Below, in pieces: positions 14,305 to 26,422 of a DNA stretch of 64,000 nt. Made by a program: the position numbers and the translations under genes. The DNA comes from Lingula anatina (Eukaryota; Animalia; Brachiopoda): contig CM120643.1 of NCBI GenBank assembly GCA_051362555.1, positions 2,976,001-3,040,000 of the forward strand. The letters are read 5' to 3'. The notes below the pieces were generated by a model that did no database searches, had not been told where the DNA came from, and saw nothing but the letters and a program-made list of their open reading frames with translations. Each line of letters begins with the position of its first letter. Position 1 is the first letter of the stretch.

Positions 14305-14524
14305 GAGGGGGGGGGGGGCTGGCCCCTCCGGTTTGGGGAGATTGGCAGCAGGTGCGTCTAGGGGCGATCTTTCTACGCCTCATATCCGCTCTGGCAAGTC
14401 TAAAAGGGGAGACAATCAGATCTTTTAAATTCAGTATTTAATCCGTTCATATACGGTTTGATGAATTTAAGTTTTGGGTGAGCATTTTTTTAATGTTAAA
14501 CTTGAAAAAAGAAAACATTCCTAA
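14305..14524 (+). pseudogene. GPCR 3' relic (ICL3 piece plus TM7-helix 8)
   Basis: Poly-G, then ctggcccctccggtttggggagattggcagcaggtgcgtct...ctcatatccgctctggcaagtctaaaag...taatccgttcatatacggtttgatgaatt; TM6 is deleted. Confidence 0.85.
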
Positions 14525-15090
14525 TATTCCTTTTTCATTAAACTTGGAAATTAGCCTTTTGTCTTAAGATTTATAGCTGTAAAGTGAAATACTTAATGTT
14601 GTACTAAGTTAAATATTATGACATATCTTCCTGATATCTCAACTAGCATGAGAAGACTGGCATATGAGGTTGATTTTGATAGTATCAACGAAAAAATGAT
14701 GATGATTCTAATGAAAAGGACATTTAACGTCACTGGCAGGTTCACCCTATGAAGAGAGGTCCATGCGAATAAATTCAACAGTTTAAACAGTTCCGTTCTT
14801 TTTGTGAAATGATAGAACGCGGTATGTACACGGATGAAATATGTATTTGTGAAGGAAATCAAATTGTTGTCTTTAAGCTAGGATAAAAAGCTGTTAACTT
14901 CATTAATTGTAAGACCAGGAAAATCTCTTTACATTTTAATTATTCGCTGGAAATTTCCATTGACGACGTAACGACCCGGGCGTCATGAATATTAAATGAA
15001 AATAAGTAAATGAACTATATCCAGTTCCCCGGGTATAGAATTGATAGAGAATAAAGATTATTTATATAAACGCTAATAAATAAAATGGAG

Positions 15091-15098
15091 TATATAAA
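15091..15098 (+). promoter_or_regulatory. Candidate TATA box upstream of copies 1-3 (also ~24781 and ~30448)
   Basis: TATATAAA in a conserved context (ggagTATATAAAgcctca) about 380 bp before the ATG in three copies. No transcription evidence. Confidence 0.3.
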
Positions 15099-15473
15099 GC
15101 CTCACCATTAACGCGTGGCACCCCAACACTTCAGGTTATCACGAATTTAAGGTTTCACAAAAAGCTAAGATAAAAAAAAAAAAAAAGAAAGACGAAGGCA
15201 AATACAACATGTTACTTCTGTGTACATGTGATAGAAAATTGTTCTTATTATCTGTCAAAAGAAACATAGGTAGATGGTTTTGCATTTACGAAGTCACGTC
15301 TTAATGATCTTGTGGTTATTTTTGTCACAAAGGAAAAATCCAGCAAACGTAATTACCACAGGAAAATTACATATAAGTGCAAATGTAATATTCATCATTG
15401 CTTTCAAACAGAGAGTAAAGAGAACTTAGGAAGAAGCGTTGAACACACTCAGTGAGCAGTTTGAAGACCAGAA

Positions 15474-16753
15474 ATGAGGAACTCTACAGTGATGTTAAAT
15501 GAAACTTTGGTGGCCGATGTCATTCCACTGAACGGATCAAACGAGACCGTTCTCCCATGTCAACTCATGAGCTGCATCGTCTTTATCACCGTGGAAGCCC
15601 TGATATCGTTGACATCGGTAACGTCTAATTGTTTTGTCATTTTTGCATTTTTGACATTTTTGAGTGGCTTCGGTCAAACACTAACATAGCCATTGTAAGC
15701 TTAGCACTGGTTGACGTTTTGACCTGTCTGATCAGCATGCCATACAATATAGTCCTAGTGTATCTCACAGACATCTTTCCAGCATTGCAACATTTGGCCT
15801 TCAGCAAGTACTTCTGCCTTGGAAAAATAGCAGCAATGAGTACATGCCTTGGACTTTCAATGCTCATACAGACTCTGATTTCTTTTGAAAGATACATGAA
15901 GATATGCCAGTATATTCACTATCACAGAGTTTTACCAAAAAAGAGATTTTATTTGATCACTTTCACGTGCTGCTTGTATATAGTCTCTTTCAATTCTATA
16001 CCCGTCATGGGCTGGAATAACTGGACTCCAGGCGTGGAATGCAGGGCGGACACCTCTATGTCAAGCTTTCTACGCTTTATTGTGATACCACACATTCCTA
16101 TTTGTCTGTTGGTTGCTTTAGGATTTTACATTGCAATATTTAGAAAAGTCAAGGAGAAAAACCAAAAAGTTGGGCAGTATGGCAATGCTTTTCAGCATGC
16201 TTTATCGCAAAGGCTTCTAACTGTTAAACCAAAATACCAATCAGCTAGGAACAGAGTGTCGCCGATGTTTCCGTCAGTTTCCGACCCACCAGCTTCTCTG
16301 AACGCGACTAGCCGTCCCGGAGGAATAAATACAGTTTCAAGTGTCGTCCAGGGACCCAGTGTGGGAGGCGAAAGCGGGGTGCCTGGTCCCAGTGGTTCGG
16401 GGTCATTGGCAGCAGCTGCGTCTGAGGACGATCCTTCCACGTCTCATATCCGCTCTAACAAGTCAAAAAGGATGAAAATCAAATTACCGACAAGCGACAC
16501 AGAGGCAAAGCTTGCAAAAATGACTGCAGTTATTCTCGGCAGCTTCTTTGCTCTGTATTGTCCATACCCGATAATATTCTGGAGCGAAAAATACTTTGAT
16601 AAGGGAAGTTTGACCTTTGCTGTTCTTCGAAACATTGCCATTGAATTGGCATCCTTAAGTTCAGCAATTAATCCGTTCATATACGGTTTGATGAATTCCA
16701 ATTTTAGGCGAGCATTTTTCAAAATGTTAAATTTAAAAATTGAAAACACCTAA
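15474..16753 (+). pseudogene. GPCR copy 1: full-length with one +2 frameshift at ~15657-15661
   Basis: ORFs 15474 and 15629 together reconstruct the complete 7TM protein. ttgaaaTTTgag in copy 2 reads ttgacaTTTTTgag here. No other disabling lesion is visible. Confidence 0.85.
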
Positions 16754-19700
16754 TGTTTCTATCTTCCTAAACTTGTGTATAAATTATCTTGCCTAAGGTA
16801 TAAGGTATTGTGTACAGCTGAAAAGTGAAATACACAATGGTATACTCAGTTCAATATTATGGCATCTTTTTTTTAAAGATATTAAAATATCATCAGAAGA
16901 ATAGATAAGCAGATATTATCAATGGAAACATGATGCTGATTTCTTATGAAAATCACTACTAGGCGTCACTGCAAGGTTCGCCTTAAGAAGCTGGATATGA
17001 CAGGAAGTTCACGCTAATAAATTCAACATTCCTGTTCTTTTTGTGATATGATAGAGTGCAGTATGTACACAGATAATATGTATGTGCCAGGGAAATCACA
17101 TTGTTGCCTTTAAACCATAATAAATAATTTTCCCAAAATTTGTATTTCATTTTTATAGTCTAATTCAAATTTGATGAACACGTCAAAATAATTTGAAGAA
17201 GCTTTACAATGCTACTTTTCATCTCCTTTTCAATGCCATACCTTGTTCAGATACTTAAATTTAGCATCATATTGTCAATATGCATGCGTCATTGTCATAT
17301 ATGCGGTTGAAGAGCTGAGTTCATCGTTTGGCTCAGCTGTTGCGCGACATTCTACAAAAACAGGTACCCCTAGTGGGGTAATATTACCTTTTAGAAGATA
17401 ATTAACTTCATATTTTGCCATAAACAAGTACAAGCTGTGCTCTCTAACGTGTAGTTTTACCACCTGTTTTCAACACGACAGATTGGTTGTCATAGATCAC
17501 ATGTGAAGTACCAGCATGTGATTGTTGGATTATTTTCAGGGGATTAATTTCATCATGAAATGATAACATGGGTAACAGGTGTCCAATTAAGCAGTGTAAA
17601 ACTGTCTTACAGTTGTTATGTAGCGGAAAAATAGACTTATTAAATCCATCTAAACAATGGCTGAGCATGAAGATGTTGTCAAGTAGAAATATTGCACGCT
17701 ATTTTGTTGTAAATTTTGTCTGTCAGAAGATGATTTAAATTCGTTTACACGAATATGAAGATTTGCAATATTCAAAATGAAACATGAAGGTTTTGGTCCA
17801 TGTTTCTTTAAAAGTCATTGAAGTGGATCGATATTCAAATAGTGGCTATTCCTACCTCCCTTACCAAATCCATAAATAATGACAGTAATAATTCATAATA
17901 ACGTTTATTTACAACTAACTCTAGCATAAGAACAGGTAGACGCCTGGTCTTTCCAAAAGGGTTATCTCCCCCCCCCCCCCCCCCCCCCGCATACTTCAAG
18001 ATACCCTGAGAGCATTCACTTTCATTAATGTTCGCGACCGTGTTTGAACCCACTTGTTTAAATACCGATATTGAAAAAATATTATATTTCACCAAGAATC
18101 TGACAGGTTAAGTTACCTGTTATAACCTGGCTTGGGAAGTTTATTGTTAAGGAACTCTTGGTCAACTACCATGCATTTTAAACATCATCACAAATTAGTA
18201 AGCTTGTCAATTGATGACAGTTAATTTGAAAAACGGTCAGTTTTTGATATGATCTAAACGACTTGAGGCGACTATAAGTAAGAAAGTCATGGAAGACCGT
18301 CACAGACAAAGAAAGAAGATTGTCAACGAATGCCAGATCCTTTACTGCTTTTTTGGTGAATCCCACCTCAAAGCACTGGGGCATAATGAAAAATGCCCAA
18401 CCCTGTTCAACACAACTTTCCTAAACTTCTCTGTCTGTATTCAGCTTGCAGCTCAGCTGAGTCTCAAAGACCTTTATCGTCTTTGTGCCAAGTGACCCAG
18501 ATCTGTTACTTCATTTTTGCATATTGAGGTGAGGTTAACTAAAACGCTTTTTTCTACTAATAGATTGTTTTTATACTTTTTAAAAGGTGGGGATAGATTA
18601 AAACGTATCTAGATTGAGAAATGGATTTTTACGTGGCCAGATATCCTTTAAAAACATAGACTATCATTATCTCGAGAAATATTTTTTCTTCTCATGTTTT
18701 ATTTATTTTTTTATTAAATTATATTTATTTATTTCATTATGAATATCTGTTTCATAATGAAAATAATATGCAATAACAAGAGAGAATAATATATTAACGA
18801 CGATTTATTATTGTTATATACATTATATTACGGAATTGGGTTCTATGTTCAATTTTGGTCCGATTTACACAACCAACAGCGGCAAAATTCAATGTTAAAA
18901 TTTATTGTGCATGAATAGTATTGTTTTCGTGTAATTGCAATGCAGCTAGCCATCTTAATATAGATAGATTTGAGGAAATATTTCCAAGGCAAAAATATAA
19001 AAGAAAAGCATTGCTTGGGGTTTCCTTATTTTTAGGTATCTGCATTTGCAATAAACGATTATGACTAGGAAATAATCCTACAGTTAACACAAACATGCTG
19101 TAGAAATACGCATGATATGCATTGAGTTTATGCAAGAGCTAGAAGATCAATTTTGGCCTGTGAAGAAATTAATTTTAATTCAAATAAAATAGCCAAGAGC
19201 CGTGGAAGCCTTTATTGCGTATTAGATGACAATACTTAGCTTGTGCATGAAGTATATAATACATACAATGTGCTTATTAATGGTAATTTGGAGAAGGTCT
19301 CTTTTTTTATCCCTATATATTTGTTGCTTGCTTGCGCCGGCCTAACATGTTTATTGTATTTTAATTTTAATTTTAACATTTAAAAAAAGATCTCAAATAG
19401 ACCTAAAAACTTGCTATTATAGATCAAGAAACCTTCTGATAAGACTAGTGTCATTTTTTTCAGTACATATGATTTGCATTAAGTGAGGCTACATGTAATA
19501 ATAAGCTTATTTACGATATCAATATTTAAAAAAACATGTTACTTTATTTGTTACTATTATTATTTATTAGTTCTTTCACCAGCTACTACGCACATGCTTC
19601 GATTATACTACTAGTATTTTATGTAAATTGTTACGGGATTTTAAAAAATGTATTTTGGTTTGGTTGTAACTTTTACTTTTTAAATATACAAGTCGATGTG

Positions 19701-19849
19701 TTTTTTGCTAAGTTTCATTCCTCTTTCTTAATTTATTAATTTTCTGTAAATATAATATGCATAAAATTTACAACAGTTCTTTTTGAAATAACAAGAAACA
19801 GGGAGAATTGTTGACTAAGCTCAAAGAAATGACACTTTATTTAATTGTT

Positions 19850-20009
19850 GACAAAGCAACACAGCAAATGAAATGAAAACATTCGAAATATAGCCATTGG
19901 ATTAGCACCGTTAAGTTAAGCAATTAATCCGTTAATATACGGTTGGATGAATTCCAACTTTAGGCGAGCATTTTTCAAAATGTTAAACTTAAAAATAGAA
20001 AACATCTAA
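19850..20009 (+). pseudogene. GPCR 3' relic containing the empty TTAA site
   Basis: Same sequence as the 3850 relic but without the transposon. Confidence 0.85.
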
Positions 20010-21356
20010 TCTTCCTTTTTCACCAAACTTGTATATTAATTTTCTGGCCTAATAAGGTATTGTGTACATGTGTAAAGTAAAATGGATATACTAAGTTAAA
20101 TATCTTGACATCTCTTCCCAATGTTACAACTAGCATCAGAAGACTGGACAATGAGGTTGATATTGATATCATTAATGAAAACATGATGTTGACTTCTTAT
20201 GAAAATGACTACTTTTGGTCACTGTCGGGTTAACACTATGATGCTGAATATGATAAAATGTCCATGCACATAAATTCAGCAGTTAAAACATTTCATGTAT
20301 GTAATAAATTGATGATTATCGGTAACTTAATGCTGTGTTCTTTATGTTTACTATTATGACAAATTTGGTACAATTTCCCCAATATATGTATATCATTTTT
20401 ATATTTTCATTCAATTTTGATTAACAAGTTAAAATAATTTGAAAAAACTTTTACATTTTGGTTTTTGAATTCCTTTTCAATGCCATAACTTATTCAGAAT
20501 CTTAAATTTATTATCCGTGGCAATGCTCTTGTCAATTTGCATGTGTCATTGTCATATATACAATCAACGGGTTTAGTTCATTGCTCGATTCTGCAGTTGC
20601 TCAAAGATGTACATGTACTAAGACAGGTTCCCTAAGGGCGGTAATATCACCTACAAGAAGAAAATTAACTGAATATTTTGCCATAATCAATAACAATCTG
20701 TGTTTTCTAACGCGTAGTTTTACCACTTGTTTTCTGTACAGCAGATTGATTGTCATAGATCACATGTGAAGTACCAGCACTTGCTTTGCAGGTTATTTGC
20801 AGGGAATTAATTTCATCAAGAAATGATAAGATGGAAAATCAGGTGTCCAAGAAAACAGTGTCTTGCAGTTGTCACCACGTCCGGTTGTCGATAATGATCG
20901 TCAACTAGATGCTGAGGGGTCTGTTTAGTGCTCGACTCTGCTTGACATACTATTTAAACAGATTCCCTGTCGACAAGATAATTAACTGACTATTTTAATG
21001 TAAACAGGAGAAATCTGTGTTCTTTGACGTCTAGTTGTACATGAAGCACTTGTTTTCAGCACGACAGATTGACAGCCATATGATCTATTAGATCACCTGT
21101 GAAGTACCAGCAAGAGCTTTTCGGGTAATTTGCAGAAATGTTAAAAATTGAAAAAAAAAGTGTCCAAGAAAACAGTGCCTTGCAATTATCCAAAAGTCCG
21201 GCTGTCACATTAATCGATAAATAGTGTTATAAAATGTTACAAAAGACTAAAAGGTGACATAAACCGATAAACGGTGTTATAAAATGTTAGAAAAAGTTAT
21301 AAAATGTTATAAAAAGTGGGATTTTTTTTATTTATTATTATTATTTTTTTTTTTTT

Positions 21357-21652
21357 GGGGGGGGGAGGGCTGGTCCCTCTGGTTTGGGGTAATTGTCAGC
21401 AGCTGCAAGTCTAAAAGGGGCGACAATCAAATAACTGACAAGAAACTCAGAGGTCAAGGTAGCTTCTTTGCTCTGTATTTTCCATAATATTCTGGAGCAA
21501 AAAATCATTAAGGAAGGGTAGTTTGACCTTTGCTGTTCTTTGAAACATTGCCGTTGAATTCAGCAATTAATCCGTTCATGTACGGTTGGATGAATTTCAA
21601 TTTTAGGCGAGCATTTTTGAAAATGTTAAACTTAAAAACAGAAAACATCTAA
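21357..21652 (+). pseudogene. GPCR 3' relic, paralog of 11909-12203
   Basis: Same G-run start and same deletion pattern. Confidence 0.9.
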
Positions 21653-22808
21653 TGTTCCCTTTTCACAAAACCTGTACATTAATTTTCTAGCCCAAGGTAT
21701 TGTGTAGTTCTGTAAATTGAGATGCACAATGATGTGCTAAGTTCAATATTATGACATCTCTTCCTAACATCACAACTAGCATTGGAAGACTAATAAATGA
21801 GGTTGGTATTATGAAAACGACGACTTGGACTTCACCCTATTACGCTCATTGGATATGATAAAATAAATTCAGCAGTTAAAACATTTCCCATCTGTAATGA
21901 ACTGATGTTAATTGGTAATTTAATGTTGTGTTATTTATGTTAACTTTTATTTTTATGACAATTTCCCCAATATATGCATTTCATTTTTATACTTTCATTC
22001 AATTTTGATGAACACGTCAAAATATTTTGAAGAAGCTTTTACATGCTAGTCTTCAATTCCTTTTCAGTGCCATACATGTACCTTGTTCAGATTCTTAAAG
22101 TTATTATCCGTGGTAATACTATTGTCAATAAACATGCGTTATTGTTATAGATGCAATCGAAGGGCTAAGTTCATCACTCGACTCTGCTGTTGCTCAAAGA
22201 TGTACTAAAACAGATCCCCCAAGGGCGGTAATATCACCTTTAGGAAGCTAATTAATGGAATATTTTGCCATAATCAATAACAATCTGTGCTCTCTTACGT
22301 GTAGTTTACCACTTGTATTCTGTACAACAGGTTGATTGTTACAGATCACCTGTGAAGTACTAGCGTGTGATTTTCGGGTTATGTACAGGAAATTAATTTC
22401 ATCACGAAATGATAAGATGGAAAACAGATGTCCAAGAAAACAGTGTTTTCAGTTGTCACCACGTCCGGTTGTTATAATTATTAAATACCGATTTATTTTG
22501 TTTTGTTTTGTGGTATGGGTATGGGTAAAATTATTGGCATTAAAGAAATGATTGACATAAGGTACGTACCATTTTGCATAGGTTGAAAGATGTTGAATCC
22601 TTGACCCTTAAGCATGGCCACTTAATTGCATAATCTACCGTCTTTCCAAAGGCGTGTTGCACCAACACCAGATCTCCCGGACAAATCAGGAACGAACACA
22701 AACGCAGTCAATAGACCAACTTATCACCACTATAGCAATATGCCTGTCACATAAATAGAAAACATAGACAAACTGAATATGCAGCGTTGCTTTCAATCAC
22801 AGATTTAG

Positions 22809-22968
22809 GTGAAATCAACACAAACTGCTGAACGTACTCAAAGCACCTGTAGATTTGAAGACAAGGGTTTGTCCAACACCACCGTGACGTTGAATGAAAC
22901 TTTGGTGGGTGATGTCGTTTCACTGAAAAGACCAAGTTTGGCCGTTGAATTTTAAATTCAGCAATTAA
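22809..22968 (+). pseudogene. Collapsed GPCR relic, paralog of 13381-13540
   Basis: Near-identical to the 13381 relic. Confidence 0.8.
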
Positions 22969-23952
22969 AACAACTGGCTTATTCTCTTTACACTCCAACA
23001 AAAAATATCCCTCAAATACTTCAATTTTTTCAACTTTTTCAACTCAAGGAAAGATAGCTATGTTTCGTTTTTCGTATTAAAATCTCTTGCTTACTGTCCC
23101 AGCTCCTCTAAAATATTTTAATTTTCAAGGTATTAACAGCCAATATAACAATAAAAAAAGAGAAGGGAGTAAATTGAAAAAATTCAGAATTGCTATTAAA
23201 AAATAAATAAAAACGATTTATGTTTGTTTTATCTTAATGTGAAATATGTGACAAATTGGGTAATCAGTGATATACTAGTCATAAAAATTCTACATTTACG
23301 AGTGTGATATGTATATACACTATAATTATTATTATGTAACTGTTTTTTATTTGTTCTCTCTTATATTCATTACAAACATTCAATGATTTCTCAATATTTC
23401 ATATTTATAAGGACATGTCAGCGTGAAATATCTTTGCAATTTTGATAATCGCATCAAATCGCATAATTGCATCAAATTATTTATTTTGAAGTAGCTTTTA
23501 CATCTTAATTTCCATTTTAAGACCATACGTTAATGAGGAACCTCAATTGATCTTCCGTTGTAATGCAAAGTTTACGAAGCTATTGTCATCATGTCTGTGT
23601 CATCGTTAACTAGATGTCGAGGATTTTGTTCAGTGCTCGACTCTGCTTGACAGTCTATTTAAACAGATTCCCTGTCGACAAAATAATTAACTGACGTGTT
23701 TGACTGAAAGAGGAGAAATCTGTGCTCTCTGACGTCTAATTGTACATGAAGCACTTGTTCTCAGCAAGGCAGATTAATTGTCATAGAATACCTGTGATGT
23801 ACCAGCATGTGCTTTTCGGGTAATTTGCAGGGAATAAATTGCATCAAGAAATGATAAGATGGAAAAACAGGTGTCCAAGAAAACAGTGTCTTGCAGTTGT
23901 CCAAAAGTCCGGCTGTCACATACATCGATAAATGAATGGTGTTATAAAAAGT

Positions 23953-23994
<42 letters not shown>

Positions 23995-23999
<5 letters not shown>

Positions 24000-24221
24000 G
24001 GGGGGGGGGGGCTGGTCCCTCCGGTTTGGGGACATTGGCAGCAGCTGCGTCTAGGGGCGATCTTTCTACGCCTCATATCCGCTCTGGCAAGTCTAAAAGG
24101 GGAGACAATCAGATCTTTTAAGTTCAGTATTTAATCCGTTCATATACGGTTTGATGAATTTAAGTTTTGGGTGAGCATTTCTTTTTTAAATGTTAAACTT
24201 GAAAAAAGAAAACATTCCTAA
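23995..24221 (+). pseudogene. GPCR 3' relic, paralog of 14305-14524
   Basis: Long poly-T then poly-G, followed by the same relic sequence. Confidence 0.85.
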
Positions 24222-25156
24222 TATTCCTTTTTCATTAAACTTGGAAATTAGCCTTTTGTCTTGAGATTTATAGCTGTAAAGTGAAATACTTAATGGTGTA
24301 CTAAATTTAATATTATGACATATCTCTGATATCTGAACTAACATGAGAAGACAGGCATATGAGGTTGATTTTGATAGTATCAACGAAAAAATGATGATGA
24401 TTCTTATGAAAAAGACATTTAACGTCACTGGTTCACCCTATGAAGAGAGGTCCATGCTAATAAATTCAACAGTTTAAACAGTTCCGTTCTTTTTGTGAAA
24501 TGATAGAACGCGGTATGTATACGGATGAAATGTGTATGTGCGAAGGAAATGACATTGTTGTCTTTAAGCTAGGATAAACAGCTGTTAACTTCATTAATTG
24601 TAAGACCAAGAAAATGTCTTTACATTTTATATATTCGCTTGAAATTTCCATTGATGGCGTAACGACCCGATCACATGAATATTAAATGAAAATAAGTAAA
24701 TGTACTATATCCAGTTCCCCGGGTATAGAATTGATAGAGAATAAAGATTACTTATATAAACGCTAATAAATAAAATGGAGTATATAAAGCCTCAATATTA
24801 ACGCGTGGCACCCCAACACTTCAGGTTATCATGAATTTAAGGTTTCATAAAAAGTTAAGATTAAAAAAAAAAAAGAAAGACGAAGGCAAATACAGCATGT
24901 TACTTCTGTGTACATGTGATAGAAAATTGTTCTTATTATCTGTCAAACGAAATTTAGGTAGATGGTTTTACATTTACGAAGGCACGTCTTAATGATCTTG
25001 CGGTTATTTTTGTCACAAAGGAAAAATCCAGGAAACGTAATTACCACAGGAAATTACATATAAGAGCAAATAATCATCATTGCTTTCAAACAGAGAGTAA
25101 GGAGAACTTAGGAAGAAGCGTTGAACACACTCAGTGAGCAGATTTGAAGACCAGAA

Positions 25157-26422
25157 ATGAGGAACTCTACAGTGATGTTAAATGAAACTTTGGTGGCCGA
25201 TGTCATTCCACTGAACGGATCAAACGAGACCGTTCTCCCCTGTCAACGCATGAGCTGCGTCGTCTTTATCACCGTAGAAGCCTTGATATCGTTGGCATCG
25301 GTAACGTCTAATTGTTTTGTCATTTTTGCATTTTTGAAATTTGAGTGGCTTCGGTCAAACACTAACATAGCCATTGTAAGCTTAGCACTGGTTGACGTTT
25401 TGACCGGTCTGATCAGCATGCCATACAATATAGTTCTAGTGTATCTCACAGACATCTTTCCAGCATTGCAACATTTGGCCTTCAGCAAGTACTTCTGCCT
25501 TGGAAAAATAGCAGCAATGAGTACATGCCTTGGACTTTCAATGCTCATACAGACTCTGATTTCTTTTGAAAGATACATGAAGATATGCTGGCATATTCAC
25601 TATCCCAGAGTTTTACCAAAAAAGAGATTTTATTTCATCACTGGCATGTGCTACTTGTATATGGTCTCTTTGAATTCTATACCCTTCATGGGCTGGAATA
25701 ACTGGACTCCAGGCGTGGAATGCAGGGCGGAGACCTCTGTTTCAGGATTTCTACGCTTCATTTTAACACCACATGTCCCTGTTTCGCTAATGGTTGCTTT
25801 AGGTTTCTACATCGCGATATTTCAAAAAGTCAAGAAGCAAAAGCAACAAGTGGGGCAGTATGGCAATTCTTTATCGCAAAGGCGGCAAACTGTTACACTG
25901 ACAAACCAAACAGCCAGTGGTAGCGTGATGCCGATGTTTCCATCAGTTTCCGACCCACCAGCTTCTCCGAACGCGACTAGCCGTCCCGGAGGAATAAATA
26001 CAGTTTCAAGTGTCGTCCAGGGACCCAGTGTGGGAGGCGAAAGCGGGGTGCCTGGTCCCAGTGGTTTGGGGTCATTGGCAGCAGCTGCGTCTGAGGGTGA
26101 TCCTTCCACGTCTCATATCCGCTCTAACAAGTCAAAAAGGATGAAAATCAAATTACCGACAAGCGACACAGAGGCAAAGCTTGCAAAAATGACTGCAGTT
26201 ACCCTCGGTAGCTTCTTTGCTCTGTATTGTCCATACCCGATAATATTGTGGAGCGAAAAATACTTTGAGAAGGGCAGTTTGACATTTGCTGTTCTTCGAA
26301 ACATTGCCGTTGAATTAGCATCCTTAAGTTCAGCAATTAATCCGTTCATATATGGTTTGATGAATTCTAATTTTAGGCGAGCATTTTTCAAAATGTTAAA
26401 CTTGAAAACAGAAAACATCTAA
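25157..26422 (+). CDS. Class A GPCR copy 2 (421 aa), adenosine-receptor-like orphan, single exon
   Basis: Seven hydrophobic segments; N-glycosylation sequons NST/NET/NGS; N1.50; SLALVD; C3.25; ERY; PFMGWNNW; ECL2 Cys; YCPYP; NPFIY; helix 8 FRRAFFKML. Confidence 0.96.
   Translation: MRNSTVMLNETLVADVIPLNGSNETVLPCQRMSCVVFITVEALISLASVTSNCFVIFAFLKFEWLRSNTNIAIVSLALVDVLTGLISMPYNIVLVYLTDIFPALQHLAFSKYFCLGKIAAMSTCLGLSMLIQTLISFERYMKICWHIHYPRVLPKKRFYFITGMCYLYMVSLNSIPFMGWNNWTPGVECRAETSVSGFLRFILTPHVPVSLMVALGFYIAIFQKVKKQKQQVGQYGNSLSQRRQTVTLTNQTASGSVMPMFPSVSDPPASPNATSRPGGINTVSSVVQGPSVGGESGVPGPSGLGSLAAAASEGDPSTSHIRSNKSKRMKIKLPTSDTEAKLAKMTAVTLGSFFALYCPYPIILWSEKYFEKGSLTFAVLRNIAVELASLSSAINPFIYGLMNSNFRRAFFKMLNLKTENI

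Noticed and set aside
16192-16749. Antisense ORFs (82-111 aa) repeated opposite GPCR copies 1-5
   Set aside because: They are shadows of the sense CDS and recur only because the genes are duplicated. No independent motifs.
25157-26422. Assignment as opsin, biogenic amine receptor or true adenosine receptor (gene symbol)
   Set aside because: No K7.43, no D3.32, and no H6.52/N6.55/H7.43. Orthology cannot be established without a tree, so no symbol is given.
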